Source: Callorhinchus milii
Taxonomy: Eukaryota
Direction: 5' to 3'
Length of the DNA: 64,000 nt
NCBI RefSeq assembly: GCF_018977255.1
Contig: NW_024704743.1
Span: forward strand, 97,464,001-97,528,000
This document shows positions 1 through 12,299 of the stretch, in pieces. The notes beneath the pieces were generated by a model that had not been told where the DNA came from, did not search any database, and was given only the letters and a program-made list of their open reading frames with translations. The position numbers were made by a program, and so were the translations under genes. How positions within the stretch are numbered: position 1 is the first letter of the stretch; every line of letters begins with the position of its first letter.

Positions 1-1127
1 TTGCTACCGGTAGGACTGAGATTCAGAATAAAATATATGTCCGATCCACATTCCCCTTTGATGAGGTCTGAGGAGAGCTCTCTGTTCGTGTGCTAGGTGT
101 TCAATGTCATTCATGAGCTAATGGACCACTCTCAAGAATTTTAAAAGTGTTTACATTTAAAAGTTCTTTAAAGCGATTTCAACGGCAGCTAAAGTATCAA
201 TTAAATTTGGGAGCAGCGTTCCAAATAAAATTGAACCTAATTAATGCTGTGTTTTTTGTGTTAGCTTGATGTGAAACAATGTTGAATTGATGCTAGCAGT
301 GCAGCATCCATAGAGCATAAAAGATATATGTTGTGCACAGTTCCATCTGATTGAGTGCAGAAGAGCCTTTCATTAACAACGTGCATGTTTCATTAACTGT
401 GTGTATGTAAAAAGGCTTTCATTCATTTCCAAATGTGTTTGTGGATGTTTTTCTCCAGTAACAAAGATAAGATAGCTCTGCACTGTTCAATTTTCCACAG
501 TGCTACTGAGACTACTGGATAGACATTGCAAAATCGTCTGATTGCCTGAACAGTGAGAATTGTAAGATAAGAAAACTATGTATTTCACTTAAACCATTTC
601 TAATCACAAGGTTGCTCTTGTAAATGTTAATATTAGTTATTAGCTTGCAATGCTTTACAATATATGTAAAAACAGTACTCTCAGAGATCAATTTATTGGT
701 CCCTGCTCTGTTGGAGAAGAAACTATAAACACTTCAAAGATACCTTTGGGGTTAACGTCATAAATCTTTCCTAACATTTGGCCTCCTGACACAGCTCGAG
801 ATATGACTAATTTATCATTAGGATTGGTGTTTGGTGGTTATTTAAAGATATTGCGCATGACGTTCAATTGGTATTATGGAGGTTTTAGTTGATCTGCAGA
901 GGCTGGAAGAAACCAGTGCATATTTTCCTATTGAGAAATTCAGTGGAATAAATAAATCAAATGAACTCTTACATTTGATCTAGCATTGGGACATAGGGAG
1001 GATGTCTCAAAAGCACTTCACCAGATTTATACAGTCGATTCACTTTACAGTATATTTTGTGAAGCGCTTTGAAACGTCTCAAAGATGTGATAAGACGCTA
1101 TGTCAAATGCAAGGATTATTATTATTT

Positions 1128-1492
1128 TACTGTAAAGTGTAGTGACTGCATTTTGTGGGCAAATGTGGCAGCCAATTTGGGCACAACAACATCCCACAAA
1201 CAGACATGAAGTGAATGATCAATTTTATCTGGGGGGGCTGTTGACAGGGACATTGGAAAAAACTCCCTTCTCTTTGAATAGATATCTTTAATGTCCACCT
1301 GAGCAGTCAGGTGTGAACTCAGTTTAAAATCTCATCTGAAGGACAGCACCTCCAACCATACAGCTCCGTCACCCCCCCCCACCCCCCACCACCTCCGCAA
1401 TGGAGTGTCAGCCTAAACTAGGATTTCAGAATCCCACTGTGGGGCTAAAACCCACAACCTTCTGACTCGAAGGCAAGAGTACTACCAACTGA
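1128..1492 (-). mobile_element. Old Deu-domain tRNA-SINE (SacSINE1/AmnSINE-like), decayed
   Basis: Reverse strand matches the Deu core (GGAGGTGCTGTCCTTCAGATGAGA...CAGGTGGACATTAAAGAT) and has a decayed tRNA-like head near 1440-1492. Family name is from recall. Confidence 0.7.
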
Positions 1493-1566
1493 TGGAATAG
1501 TTTGTATATATGGGTTTTTTGATGGAATGGAATTGATCAGCTGAATGGCTTTTCATGATTCTAGGG

Positions 1567-1787
1567 TTTGAATTCTCTTCCCCAAAAGGCCGTGGATGCT
1601 GGATCCATCCACATCTTCAAGAGTGAGGTTGATAAATTTTTGGTAGGTCAGGGTATTAGGGGATATTGGGAGAAAGCGGAAAATTGGAATTGAAAGGGTT
1701 AGTTTAGGTACAAATCAGCCATGATCTAATTAAATGGCGGAACAGGCTCGAAGGGCTAAATGGCCTACTCCTGTTCCTATATTCCTA
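1567..1787 (+). mobile_element. CR1 LINE 3' end fragment
   Basis: GAATTCTCTTCCCCAAAAGGCCGTGGATGCTGG...CAGCCATGATCT...GGCTCGAAGGGCTAAATGGCCTACTCCTGTTCCTAT, a typical CR1 ORF2 end plus 3'UTR. Sister copy at 56273-56505. Confidence 0.85.
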
Positions 1788-4504
1788 TAATGTAGGTATT
1801 ATTTCTGGAAATGCTGCTATAAAATATTTAGTTAAGTGTTGGAGAATGTGAGCAGCACAAGCTGCATTAGGTGCTGTGTCTGCAATACAATTACTTCACT
1901 ACAATTTTCCTGCATTCAGTCATCAGGCTTATAAAAACTAAGGTACAAGTATTTGCTAGCACCAGATGCCACTGGTGACAAGATATGGGTTGAAGTAGAG
2001 CTCCACATGAAATGATCAGGTGTCTTCTTTACCCTCAAAAAAATGAGTCGTTGGAACTAAATTTTGAATATTCTTGATCCCATAGCATCTGGTGTAAGTT
2101 GAAAACTTGTAATGATATTCAGTAGGAGGAAGAACAAGCCATGAGATGACACCCTGTAGATTGGCAGCAGAGTGTGTTGTGCTGCTATTTCAATTTCACC
2201 CACAAATGTGCAGCACTAAGCACATTTGAAATAACCTCAGGCGAGCATCCTTTTGCACTGCATGGAGCTTGTCATGGAGGCAGAGATTGCTGCTTTGGAA
2301 AATTAAAGGACAACAGAGAGCAAGCATTTTAAACCAGCAGATCTGAAGAAAATATGCTTTTATTAGGTAGGGAAAATAAGTGTCAGAGTAAGAGGTTTTC
2401 AGCAAGTATGATTAAGGGTTTACATTCTGATCATTTTCATCATTGCCCTTTCACATGGAGAAAGGCTTTCTAGGTTTAAGTGTTTCTGATGCTTTCAGTG
2501 GCTCAATTGAAAAAGTCACTTCTAAATATGGACGTGAGCTCAGGCCACAATATAGACTCAGTGGGTGACGCACCAAGACGATGTCTGTGAAACTGTACTC
2601 CAGCACAAGTCAATGTCTGAGGAGAGGAAGAGAGATAATAAGAGGAAATCAGAAATAAAACATTTTATTGCAAAATAAAGATTACATATGCGGTCCCAAA
2701 TATAACAGAAGTCAGAAGTAAAGTAGAAGTCACAAGATCACAAGTTTGGTTTAGCCCAATTGATCTTATCTATCCCCAATACTCAACCTACTGTCCTCCC
2801 ATCACACCAGGCTGCTTTTCAAATGAGTCCATCTGTGTTGGCCTCAGCCACTCTTCCTTTCAGGTCATTTATTATGCTCTTAGTTATAATATTGTTGTCA
2901 AAAGTATCTCCTAACGATAACACTCACAAATTTCTAAAAATATTCCATTCTATAATTTTCTGCAGTGATATTCAAGGAATGGTTTATATCTAGGAATACC
3001 ACTATTTTGAACCCATTATTAAAATATATAGGAAAACCCAAGAATTTAGATACAGAAAAAGACCACTTGATATACTAACTCTGCACTGCCACAGGTCATT
3101 CCACAGTACTGCGTACTGTCTCCTCCGTTGGAGAAGTAGCACAGTACTGACCCAAACAACCCCTCACTTTGGGGCATGTAAATATGCCTTACTTTAATGT
3201 GCATTATTCTGTAAGTAAACACAATTCCATGCTTTTGAATGGGTTTGCAATCATCCTTGCTGATGACTGTGGTCATTCCCATCTTTTTCCCGATATCAAA
3301 GCTTTGAGGGTACTATACATGACAGTTGCTCTGTCACAATGCCTAATTAGACTGGGTACAAATACCATCAATGAATACTCTGACAGAATGATGCTCAACC
3401 ATTAGTACATCAGGATACTACAAAAGGCTTTTAGTCAATTAAATCTGAAAAGTAAATCATTTCTTAATGTAAGTAGAGCAACTGGTGCTGCAGCTATAGA
3501 CAATCTGGCATTTTCTTATATTATTGTGATGCCTAGGCTTAACAGTCTGTTTTTAAGAAGCAATGTCTCTGGCTTTATGGAGTGAAACTTGCTGCATTAT
3601 CTTACCAAATGCATCATAAAATATTGCAAAGTTTATCCCTCTTATCCTTTTGTTATGTTGCGTTTTTGTTTAGTTATTGTTTTGGCGTTAGCCTTTATGC
3701 TTATATTTTTTATTTGTTTTGTTTTTAAATTTCATTGACTGACTTTGTTGTAATGATCTTTGAGCCCTGCATCTGTCTGCGATATCTGGGAAGTTAATAT
3801 GGTTGAAAATTCGATATTCACCATGCAGGTGACAAAATGCAGGATTCTCAAAGGAATGCAATAAAAACTTCAGGGCAGATTGTCTGATAATGATGGCCTG
3901 GAAAGCCTGTTTTGCAACCAGTGTTTTACTTTCCAACCTTTTTCTGAATATTTTTGGTTCTTTTCCAGCCCGAAAAACAGCCCAAAACTAAAATCCGACA
4001 TCGATCACGATTAAAGTTAGTAAATATCCCTTTTTCATTCCCAGTTCACTGACCGTTGCTGGTGTGGATGTTACCAGACATCATTAAATGTATTGTCAGC
4101 AAGAGAATAACCCTTCATTGTGTGGTCTGTCTACTTCTGATTCTTAGATCTTCAGCTTTATTTTGATCACTGGCAAGTAACTGAAGTCGGGATTGAGAAT
4201 AATTGCATCCTTTGACGAAAGGCTCTTCTGTTCACTCAGCTGATAAAGCCACTGTGAATTTTGAGAGGTACCAGGCTCCATTCCAGGTCTTTGTTAAGTT
4301 CACTGATTTCATTCTGTGCAGCAGGACAGGATGTTTAAAAGAGAGATAGACAGATAGATGGGTGGTAGAAGTATTAACGGATTGGCAAAAAGGTGGAGCA
4401 TTGGAATTAAAAGATCTGCTCAAATCTAATAAACTGGTGGAAGAGGCTTGTTGTCTGAATGACCTCCTCCTTTTGTGATTGTGGGACTTTCCCTGTAAGA
4501 ATCA

Positions 4505-4820
4505 AAATGAATGGAATAAAATGTAATTAGGGTGAAAGAAACGATATGAAATCTACCTGATATATTTATGGGAAAATGGACGTTTGAAAGACTATCTTAA
4601 ATGTGCTATTTAATCACAATGGAAGGCCAAATTTCATTACCTCAGCTAAGTTCTCAATCTTGGTCATGATAAATTTCATCACAAATTTGGAACAAATTCT
4701 TTGCTAAAATGATCACCTGCACTCATCTTTAATATTTCATAGTTCTAAATTTAAAAAAAAAGTTTTACCGGAAAGTAAAACTCCATAGTGATTTTAAATT
4801 GAGCCTTGAACCAAACACTT
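4505..4820. repeat. Unclassified old repeat, copy A (direct repeat of 7035-7345)
   Basis: Shares colinear blocks AGGGTGAA, TGAAATCTAC, GTTTGAAAGA, AAATTTCATTACCTCA, AGTTCTCAATCTT and TTTCATAG.TCTAAATTTAAAAA with copy B. Confidence 0.7.
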
Positions 4821-6203
4821 CCTCAGTACATGTGAAAAGGGGATAAAAACAAGATCACTGCAATGATAACCAGGATGAGTTAAAGTTGAGAATATAGTTC
4901 CTGTTATTGTCTCTTTAACTGGCAGCAATGGGGACGAGTCTTCACCAAGTGGCATTGACAGCGAAAGGAAGAGACACTTCCCATCATTTCAATGATCTTC
5001 CAAAGCACATGTACAGTTAGAAGATGATTGCAAGGTTATTACTAAAGACAGATTGTGGGCGTGAAATTTCCTCAGAGTTTGGCACAGAGTTTAGCTGTGC
5101 CTGAAGATTTAATTGCTGCCGTTTTCGGCAGTCACGATAGTTGCTCCCAACCTCAGAGCTAACTTTTCAATTTAAGCTAAGCCCATATCACAGGAGAGTT
5201 TCGGATGAAAAAGTCTCTTCAGCTCATTTGATCTCATCCTTCTAAAATAGCATGCTTCCATCACAGCATCAAGCTGCTTCTTAAATGAGTCCAATATCCT
5301 GATCTTAACTACCCTTCCTGGTAACCTGTACCAATCGTTAATTACTCTTTTGATAAAGAAATGTTTTGTGGTGTCGGCTTATTTTTACTTTTCTTTTATT
5401 GGATGGAACACTGTGCTCTTTTCCGGCCCTGAACATTCCCAAGCTCTAATATTGTAAGAGAGATGGTGGGACAGTCAGCCCTTTTCTGGCATCAGAATTC
5501 TAAATTTTGGCATTAGAATTGTAAAGCCATTAGAGCAGGCTGCCTGAGTACTTACATTAAATAGTACAGTACAGCCCTGTTATAACACGCTTCCTTATAG
5601 GGTGGGTTGGGATTTTATGAATCCCAATCATCGTGTTAAAAAGGAGCTTCACTATATTCAAAAGTTGGACCCATATTGACTTCCTGGAGTGCTGGCTACC
5701 AGCACTAAATTGTCAAATGAGGAAAAATGATACAAATCCTGTTGTCCTTACCAACACACTTCCAAATAAATTGGTAAAATTTGTTTCATGGCTTTCATGG
5801 ACACTGCTGTGTAGAATGTGTGTAGAATGGCTGGAGTGCTTGCCTACAAATACACAGCCACTGCACTTTACAGTAATTACCTGAGAGTGTTTTGATATTA
5901 TAGGTCCTGTATCAAATTTGAGAATTATTACTATTATCTATATATACTACTAATAAAACGACAATGTCTGTCTGTCTGTCTGTCTGTCTGCACTTCAAGA
6001 AGGATCTCAATAACCAATTAACATAGAGACATTTATACCTCATCGGAAAGTGACATGGGAATATTTGTTTTCCAGTATCTCCCATCGTTCATGAGCTGTG
6101 ACCTAAAATGTATTTCAGTTTCGCGTTTTTCGCTGCAGTTACACCTGGTGGCCGCCAAGTCAAAGTGACGCTGTGGCATTGTGTGTCACAGAGCATGTAC
6201 GTA

Positions 6204-6314
6204 TAATAATAATAATCCTTGTATTTTATAAAGTGCTTTTCACGTCTTCTCGATGCCTCGAAGCGCTTCACAGAATAGACTGTAAAGTGAATTGACTGTA
6301 TATGTGTGGGCGAA
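6204..6314 (-). mobile_element. 5'-truncated young SINE nested in the Helitron
   Basis: SINE 3' tail with (AAT)n, flanked by ATGTACGTA (6195-6203) and ATGTATGTA (6315-6323), a likely TSD. Confidence 0.8.
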
Positions 6315-6537
6315 ATGTATGTAGTCACACACTGCGATTACACCTGGTGGCCGCGCCAGTTGACTGTGGCACTGTGCATCCTGCGTCACAGAGCACGCAT
6401 GTAGCAGGGACAAAATGAAGAACACGGACAAAGCTAAGCCGCGGCAACAACAACAAAATTACATTTTTAAAGCACCTTTCACGTCGGGAGGACGTCCCAG
6501 TGATTATATATTATACAATTATATTTATCAGTAAAAA

Positions 6538-6730
6538 ATGGCTAAGCGAAAATCAAACCTTTCCAGAATAAATAAAAATGCAGGATAAAAGAGAGAAGGC
6601 CCATTAAATGAAACTGAAGAACAAAGAACAGCACGGCTACACTTCAGTGCTGAAAGGACTGCAACAGTGCACCAAAATGATTTGCCCACTCAAAGAACAG
6701 CATGACCAAAATGAGTCCTCACACAGGAGT
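6538..6730 (+). pseudogene. Decayed Helitron RepHel-like N-terminus
   Basis: Manual translation MAKRKSNLSRINKNAG*KREGPLNETEEQRTARLHFSAERTATVHQNDLPTQRTA*. The basic leader followed by NE(T/S)xEQRxARL repeats resembles animal RepHel N-termini. In-frame stops explain its absence from the ORF track. Confidence 0.65.
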
Positions 6731-7034
6731 CCTCCCAGATGAGTATAGACAAAGATGAAATGTCTGTGTGTCTGTCTGTGTGTCAATATACATTCCATAT
6801 TGGATCCTTTGGTTGCAAGAGTAGCTGCAATGGGTATAGCTAGTTTATTATAAAATTGCATATTTGGCATCTGCACGATCTAACAAATTACACCGACCTC
6901 TACCACCAATGAGATATAAAGGAGGCAATACTTTAAAGTCATAAGAGGTGTGTTATAACAATCTCTTATAAAGGTGAGTTTGAACACCCGTAATCAGTCA
7001 GAGGCTGGCCCCTACAGAGACATTTGGCTCATTT

Positions 7035-7345
7035 ACATACAAATGAAGTATAATGAGGGTGAATGAAATCATTTGAAATCTACGTACTCTTATTAGGTGG
7101 GAGAATGGATGTTTGAAAGAACAAAATGAGCCATTCAATAAAAATGCAAGGGAAAATTTCATTACCTCAAGAGTTCTCAATCTTATACATCGCAGAGAAA
7201 TTAAGGGCTAGTTTTTTACTAAAATTAATACATCATGTTCCCCATTTACATTTCATAGATCTAAATTTAAAAATAATGCTTTAATATGGGATAATTCAGA
7301 AAGTTAATTCATCAATGATTTAACTAAAACTTTAAACTAATCAGA
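7035..7345. repeat. Unclassified old repeat, copy B
   Basis: Colinear similarity to 4505-4820. Confidence 0.7.
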
Positions 7346-7739
7346 AACTCGGGTGAATATTGAATTCTTAACAACAGGCAGTGGTTTTTTTCATTTGGTC
7401 GGGAATTTGTTGGATAGAGTGCAGAAATTAGCTAGCAAGTGTTCATGAGCTGGCAAGGAAAAAGATGTTGGGGTAGAAAATGTAACATGTGATGTCCTTG
7501 CTCAGTGGCCCATGAAGCTGTACAGAATCAGACCAAACAACATTGGTGGCCGCAAGGACCCTTGGACTATCTCAGGTATGCATATTTTGTAAATCAAATC
7601 TGGGTACACACATAAGAAAAATTGAACTCACCACAATTGCTCATGCTGCCAGTCCTGGAGAAACTTGTTGGATTAATGGCTGTATTTCTCTGCCGAGTGT
7701 TTCTGTTGTAGAATTGCATTGTTCCTTTTCAGTTTGTTG

Positions 7740-7829
7740 CTGAACTCAAGACAGGGCAAATTTGGCCAGGGACACAATACATCATCCAGGGACTGTCCCT
7801 GGAAATCCCCGGGACATATGGTCACCTTA
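7740..7829. mobile_element. hAT-Blackjack-like MITE right end
   Basis: CCGGGACATATGGTCACCTTA approximates the reverse complement of a TAGGGTGACCATATGTCCCGG-type TIR. Left end not clear. Confidence 0.5.
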
Positions 7830-8043
7830 TCTCAGGCCAAACCAGTGGGATTGGAGATCACAACAAGGGCCAATATTTTGCTCTCAGTCACTGGATTAGC
7901 TATATCTGGCCATTGTGGAAATGTTGTAATTAGCTTTAGACTCTCTGGGGAAGAAAGTAGAAATCGACCAAGGTTCCTGATCTCAATCCAGTGAACTCCT
8001 TGTTGGTGACTGAGAATGTGGATAGTGGATAAACAACAAGATG

Positions 8044-8433
8044 AATTAATTCTTACATTTGATATAGCGCTTTTTCACGTCGGGAGGACGTCCCAAAGCG
8101 CTTCACAGAACACACTGTAAACAACAACAACAACAACAAGATTCCATTTATAAAGCGCCTTTCACGTCAGGAGGACGTCAGGAGGACGTAAAGTGAATTG
8201 ACTGTATATTTAGGGGCGAACGCAGCAGCCAATTGCGCACAGCAATGTCCCACAAACAGTCATAGATTGAAAATGACCAATTTATTATTCTTTTTTGTTT
8301 TTTGTTTTTGGAGGGATTATTATTAGGCGTGTGGAGTAAGGAAACTTGCCCAAGGTTTCGCCCTCTGCCAGGAATTGAACTCAGGTCTCTCACTTGCAAA
8401 GCGAGTGCTCTAACCACTGAGCTACAGGACTCC
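8044..8433 (-). mobile_element. Full-length tRNA-Ala-derived SINE (SINE2-1_CM-like) with a nested L2 tail
   Basis: Head GGAGTCCTGTAGCTCAGTGGTTAGAGC (A box) and GAGTTCAATTC (B box) on the minus strand. A 66-bp L2 tail is inserted at 8122-8187 between GTAAA repeats. Confidence 0.92.
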
Positions 8434-8480
8434 ACGAATGTGGATAGTGGCTAAAGACAAGGTATATGTAATGTGAGGAT

Positions 8481-8876
8481 CAGGGCAGCCACCTGGTCGC
8501 CATGCGAAGTACAAACCACTCAACTCCAATGGCAGGCTCCCAGCTCCTGCTCATTCTTTCACCTTAATGTTCCTGGACAGTTTTACTACTACATCAACTT
8601 ACATTTATAGAGCGCCTCTCACGCAGGGTAGCATCTCAGAACGCTTATGTTTTAAAGAAATTCCAATTAACTTTTCTATGTCAAAAACTTAATCCAACCA
8701 AAAACCAAAGTCATTGCAGATTCCAGTTGTATATAGTCATTCAATTTGCAGTATTGGGATTCCTTTTCAAAGCTCTGAGATATTACACTGCGTGAAGGAC
8801 ACTATATAAATGCAAGTTGTTGTTATTCCTTCATAAGAAATCCAAATTACTCTCATGAGGACGTCTGGTCACCCAA
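8481..8876. mobile_element. Decayed hAT-Blackjack-like MITE with nested L2 tails
   Basis: Ends CAGGGCAGCCACC and TCTGGTCACCCAA resemble TAGGGT(T/G)(G/A)CCA TIRs. Confidence 0.4.
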
Positions 8877-9064
8877 AGAACATCACTCCAATCCACGGGA
8901 ATTGAGTGGAGTTCCCATCAGTCAATGGGACTGGAATTGATTCTATGGCTGATGGGAAAAAACAAACTTTTTTCAAAGTGATATAAAAAAATCAAACCAC
9001 ATTGCAAAAATTTGTGCAACAGCAGATACAGCATATGCTGCAGCAGCAAACTCCATGACAGCCA

Positions 9065-9665
9065 CTATGGAATCAAACAAATCACAGCACAGAAGGACGT
9101 CATTCCCTGCTTTGAGCCTATGGTGTTGCTAATTCCCTGCTGAGCTAACTCCCTGCTGGAGCTGAAGATGGGTCGAATGGCCTTCGTCTGTGCTGTAAAT
9201 TTCTATAGTTCTGTTAACCATTTCCTAACCCTTTTCCTACAAACGTTTTTATGGTTTCTCTTCAAATCTTTATCCAATTCTGTTTTGAATGTTGCCAGGA
9301 TCTCGGTCTCAATAACGTATTTCAATAGTGTCAGGCTTCACTACTGTTAAGCACTGCAAGATGCTACCCCGTATGTAGGGTGCTATATAAATGCAAGTTG
9401 TTGTACTTGTGGCAAAGCATTCCATGTTGTAAAAAAAAGTCCTTGATAATTATTAATCTAACCTTCTAATTTAACTTCTCCATAGTAGAGTGATAGTGAT
9501 GATCTTATGCTTCCATGTTCCAAATTAGCAGAATAATTAGGGAATAATCTTTCACTGATGATCTTCTCAAAATCTTTCAGAATTGTGAAGATCTTTATTA
9601 AATCCCCCATTGACCTTCTCTGTTCCAGTGAAAATAATCTCTTTTTTGAGCCTATTCTGATAACT
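9065..9665 (-). mobile_element. Decayed CR1 3' region with nested CR1 and L2 tails
   Basis: ACAGCACAGAAGGA tail, GGCAAAGCATTCCA and GACCTTCTCTGTTCCAGTGAAAA are minus-strand CR1 motifs. Confidence 0.6.
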
Positions 9666-9904
9666 ACAAGCCATTCACGAGAACCTAAACTGGACCCTTT
9701 TCATGGCTCTGATGTGGCAGGCGTCTCAATGACCAACTGGCTTTGGGCTAAATCAATTCCACAGAATGAGGTGGGGGAGTAGTGGGTGGGGGGCAGTAGG
9801 GGAGATGTGTTCCCAGTCATTGACTGGAGCATTACGAGGAACAGCAAATCCGATGTGTGAAAATATTGATTGGTGATATTATCACATTAAATATTGGATT
9901 TTTT

Positions 9905-10655
9905 TAATCCAAGAGCAGATATAAAGTTCCGATCAAGGCACTTTGGTCCATTTCACCTCATCCTTCCAGGCCATCCTACTGAACCCACCCTACCATGGAA
10001 TGGAGTCCTGTAGCTCAGTGGTTAGAGCATTCGCTTTACAAGCGAGAGACCTGAGTTCAATTCCAGGCAGAGGGCGAAACCTTGGGCAAGTTTCCTTACT
10101 CCACACGTCTAATAATAATCCCTCCAAAAAAAAGCAATAATAAATTGGTCATTTTCAATCTACGACTGTTTGTGGGACATTGCTGTGCGCAATTGGCTGC
10201 CGCGTTCGCCCACAAATATACAGTCAATTCACTTTACAGTATGTTCTGTGAAACGCTTTGGGACGTCCTCCCGATGTGAAAAGCGCTATATCAAATGCAA
10301 GGATTATTATTATTATTACCATATTCCATTAAAGCATTGAATTGTGTCTTAAATAAGCCTAGAGTCTGGAAATCAACCACCCTTCCCGGTAACTGGTTCC
10401 AGCCTTTGATTGCTGTCCATGTAAACAGCTATTTTCCTAAAATTACCCTTCACAGCCTTGAAACCGTGATCCGTTGCCGTGCTGTCATCATGTGTCTGAA
10501 AGTACAATATTGTTCTGACTTTACTTTCTGTTTTCCATTTAGTATTTTGTACACATCAGTAAGGTGTCCTCTGAAATGTCCCTTTTCACATCCTATCTTA
10601 TTTAATCCTTTATATATCACCTCTCTAACACTGGGAATCAGCCTTGTTGTTCTAA
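9905..10655 (-). mobile_element. CR1 3' fragment interrupted by a SINE
   Basis: ORF 10450..10839 contains RGHLTDVYKILNG (the CR1 RGDLIEVYKI motif). The 3'UTR continues left of the SINE. Confidence 0.7.
10002..10318 (+). mobile_element. Full-length tRNA-derived SINE
   Basis: A and B boxes, body TGTTTGTGGGACATTGCTGTGCGC, tail AAGCGCTATATCAAATGCAAGG(ATT)n. Confidence 0.95.
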
Positions 10656-12299
10656 CAATTGAGCCGCAGGAGAATTTGGACATTAATTGCTTGACATAGG
10701 CTGTGTAAAGCTTGACCAATTGACAAACTCCCCAGGGCCTCAGGTAGTGCTCACTCCATCTGTTAAAACAACATTGGAACCAGAGAGTATAAAAATGCAC
10801 CAGTACTACATCACAATGCTGGCCAGAGGGCTTGTCCAACAGCTAATCCCTGAGAGACTATACAAATCTTTCAAGTGAGATTTCCAGATCAATCCAATCA
10901 ATCAAACACTCGGAGGAGAGGATTTATTCCCCACAAAATTTCACCCACAAAATACACACAATCACGCCACAGTATATCATAATGTCAAATGCAAGGCTTA
11001 TTTAAATAACAATAGAATTAGTGTTATAAAAATAAGGCAATGCAACATAATTCCAAAGTGGCTGACTGCAGTGTCGCATTATCATTTTAAACCCCTTGAG
11101 AATCATTTGAAGCCCCTTTAAAGACCGAGCAAATATACTCTTGGGCAGAGAAAGACATCATAGTATTCATCCAGAATCTTAGATAATATTGTTCATTTAA
11201 CTCCTGGGACAGGTAGCTGGTTACCGAGTTGTTTGGGATGGGGAGCTAGATATTCAGATGGTTGGGATTGAGGCTGTGTGTTTTAGCGATAGGATCAAAT
11301 ATTGCATGGGATGTCATATCTGTTGTGTTGCTTGGAACCTTGGGAGGATGTGGGTGTTGAGGAAGTCAGTAGGCCATTTTTTTGTAAAGTGCAGTGACTG
11401 TGTATTTGAACACAGCAATGTCCTGCAAATAGAAGTGAAGAAATAATTTTATGAACAATTTTATGTAGAGAATTGTGGGCCAGGACAATGGGAGAAACTC
11501 CCTTCTCTTTTCGAGCAGTGTCATTGGTTCTTTGACAGAACGGGACCTCGGTTTCATGTTTCATCCGAAGAATGTTTATTTTTTGTTTAAAGAAAAGAAA
11601 CAAAAACACACTTATAGTGACTAAGTTTATGTGGTGTTTATATAAAAAATCGAATTAACCAGATTCTTTGATAATCTGGGACTGTAACATGGAGAGGGAA
11701 GAAATGTGCTGTAACAATTATTACTGACAATAATTATCACAACGCAAACTAGATTTGTCACCCCTTGCTTTGTATGTCACAAATATGCTAAAAATATTTC
11801 TGCTTTGTGGATGTCTGACTTGCTTGATTAATACTTGCTGCTCTGAATGCTTTGCTACAAGAGGTTGTAGCAGATAAGAGCAGAACAACATTAACCACAT
11901 TTATAAGGTAAGTATTTAAAGAGAAACAATGTGAGAGGATACAAGGAACGAGCAGGGAATTGAGATTAGACTTGTGAGCTCCTGTAGAGGAGTTGGCATC
12001 ATCTTAGGTTTAACGGGCCAAATGGCCACCTTCTGTGCTATTGCTATAATTTCTATGTTTCTATGGAATAGCTCCCGTTCCACTGAAACCTAGTTAGTTA
12101 TTTGAATTATTCATTAAAATCCAGCTCTTAAAAAGGCTGCTTCCAGATGCCAAGAACGTTGTCAGTGCCAGAAAGTTCTATGTGGACAATTTAAGCAATG
12201 TTCTGACAAAGCAAATAGTTCAAATCAATCAAATAATACAATATTAGCTGTACATATTGCATTGGTTCTTATTAATATAATTCTTCAAGGTGCTTTACT

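Larger units (their letters stand above)
5937..6843 (+). mobile_element. Non-autonomous Helitron with (GTCT)n microsatellite
   Basis: Host A|TCTATATATACTACTAATAAAA start; (GTCT)n at 5966-5989; subterminal TTGCA-N8-TGCAA hairpin; end GGGTATAGCTAG|T. Sits between A and T with no TSD, inside a decayed SINE (TAT)n tail. Confidence 0.8.

Noticed and set aside
5565-6990. One Tigger-like element enclosing the Helitron
   Set aside because: The shared TGTTATAACA is itself palindromic and its flanks align better as direct repeats; no matching right TIR.
8912-8958. 10-bp inverted repeat TTCCCATCAG/CTGATGGGAA
   Set aside because: Too short to distinguish from chance or MITE debris.
10002-10075. tRNA-Ala/Val genes at SINE heads
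   Set aside because: No proper acceptor stem or Pol III terminator; each is fused to the SINE body and tail and occurs in many dispersed copies.
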